Below are positions 10,088-10,989 of a stretch of DNA of 10,989 nt, piece after piece. The notes under the pieces are model-generated. The model was given only the letters and a program-made list of their open reading frames with translations. It ran no database searches and was not told where the DNA came from. Source of the DNA: Paraspadella gotoi (Eukaryota > Animalia > Chaetognatha); NCBI GenBank assembly GCA_051294375.1, contig JBJCIZ010000691.1:1-10989 (forward strand), written 5' to 3'. A program made the translations under genes and the position numbers. Position 1 is the stretch's first letter. Each line of letters starts with the position of its first letter.

Positions 10088-10987
10088 TCATGAAGCTGCA
10101 ATGGTGAAACGCCATTGCAAGACAGGCACAATGACGATTAGACCCGGACAATGTTTGGAGACATGACCGGGCGTCAGACATCTAAAACAGAGTCGATGGT
10201 TAGAAGCAAATAATTTCTTGTCATTGAAATTAAGAGTTCTGAATTGGAAGCAGTGGGTTATTGAGTGGTCATTTCTACAAAAGAGACAGGTCATAGATTT
10301 TGAAGATTGCGGAGAGAGAAAAAATTGTGGTGTTTTTAATTGGGTTGGGGTTTTCATTATGAGCGCATATCTCCTTCGCGCGGATTTCCGATTGTGACTA
10401 AAGGTCGCAAAAAACTTTCCTTCATGTCCTGTGGCTGTAGTAGAGGGAGACAAGACAGGAGGGAGAGGAGATTCTTTACTAGCGTTAGTTGGCAAGGTTG
10501 CGGCGGGTGGCGACTTCGTTTCTGACCGCCTTTCTTCTTTTTCTTTTAGCTCTAATTTGAGGTCACTAAGTTCTTTTTCTTTTATGCTAAGTTCGTTATT
10601 TTTTATGCCGAGCTCTATCTGAAGCTGTGAAACTTTTTTATTTTCATTTTCCGTACGCGCAACCATTTCTTTCGTTTTTCTTAGCTCTTGCTTTATGTTG
10701 CAAAGTTCCAGTTCTTTTTCATTAAGTTCCTTGTTTCTTTTGTCGAGTTTAATTTGAAACTGTGAAATTTTGTCATTTTGGTTTTTCATTTCTGCAAGTT
10801 TTTCTTTAGTTTCCTTTAGTTCCCTCTTGATGTCATAGAGTTCTTGTTCTTTTTTGCAAAGTTCGTTCTTTCCTTTGTCAAGTTTAAACTGAATTTGCGA
10901 AATTTTTTCGTTCTGGTTTTTCATCCCTGCAAGTTCCTCCTTAGTTTCTTTAAGCTCTTGAGTTATGTCATAAAGCTTTTGTTTGGT
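10088..10987 (-). CDS. gag: Gag-like protein (coiled-coil repeats + BEL/Pao-type zinc knuckles); 5' end lies beyond the window
   Basis: The 278-aa ORF stays open upstream of the listed ATG to the window edge (TKQKLYDITQELKETKEELAG-M). It contains CLFCRNDHSITHC (Cx2Cx3Hx4C, 10288-10250), the spacer FRTLNFNDKKLFASNHRL and CFRCLTPGHVSKHC (Cx2Cx4Hx4C, 10189-10148). A third knuckle, CLSCNG-V-HH-LQLH (10128-10090), is recoverable only with frameshifts. This triple arrangement is characteristic of BEL/Pao Gag. Confidence 0.78.
   Translation of the reverse strand, partial: TKQKLYDITQELKETKEELAGMKNQNEKISQIQFKLDKGKNELCKKEQELYDIKRELKETKEKLAEMKNQNDKISQFQIKLDKRNKELNEKELELCNIKQELRKTKEMVARTENENKKVSQLQIELGIKNNELSIKEKELSDLKLELKEKEERRSETKSPPAATLPTNASKESPLPPVLSPSTTATGHEGKFFATFSHNRKSARRRYALIMKTPTQLKTPQFFLSPQSSKSMTCLFCRNDHSITHCFQFRTLNFNDKKLFASNHRLCFRCLTPGHVSKHCPGLIVIVPVLQWRFTIAAS
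10535..10987 (-). repeat. 135-bp (45-aa) in-frame tandem repeat, at least 3.3 units, predicted coiled coil
   Basis: LYDITQELKETKEELAGMKNQNEKISQIQFKLD / LYDIKRELKETKEKLAEMKNQNDKISQFQIKLD / LCNIKQELRKTKEMVARTENENKKVSQLQIELG / LSDLKLELKEKE. MKNQN recurs at residues 1 and 46 of the listed ORF. Confidence 0.95.
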
Positions 10988-10989
10988 CT

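Larger units (their letters stand above)
6885..10989 (-). mobile_element. Retrotransposon-derived region (Gag - RT/RH remnant - recombinase remnant - terminal-repeat-like block); single element or nested fragments unresolved
   Basis: All recognisable modules lie on the minus strand in gag-RT-RH-recombinase order, and GC content is visibly higher than in the left half. The 5' end is outside the window. Confidence 0.65.

Noticed and set aside
10340-10622. Two plus-strand ORFs
   Set aside because: Antisense shadows of the Gag ORF.

Overview
AT-rich eukaryotic DNA (likely an invertebrate; inference) with no prokaryotic genes, RNA genes or CRISPR arrays. The left ~6.8 kb is mostly non-coding. It holds several diverged copies, in both orientations, of a non-autonomous repeat family with ~185-bp internal tandem units (DINE-1/HINE-like layout), simple repeats, and four weakly homologous GC-richer islands that could be repeated exons. 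The right ~4.1 kb is retroelement-derived and on the minus strand. It starts with an ORF, truncated by the window end, encoding 45-aa coiled-coil repeats and a BEL/Pao-type triple zinc-knuckle Gag C-terminus. Downstream, in the same orientation, are badly disrupted motif remnants that resemble DIRS-type reverse transcriptase/RNase H and a tyrosine recombinase rather than BEL/Pao protease/RT/DDE integrase, followed by a ~770-bp LTR-like GC-rich block. The possible BEL/Pao-Gag + DIRS-type RT + tyrosine recombinase chimera is the main candidate novelty. The RT and recombinase calls rest on by-eye motif matches across stops and frameshifts, and the many indels may reflect decay or sequencing error.
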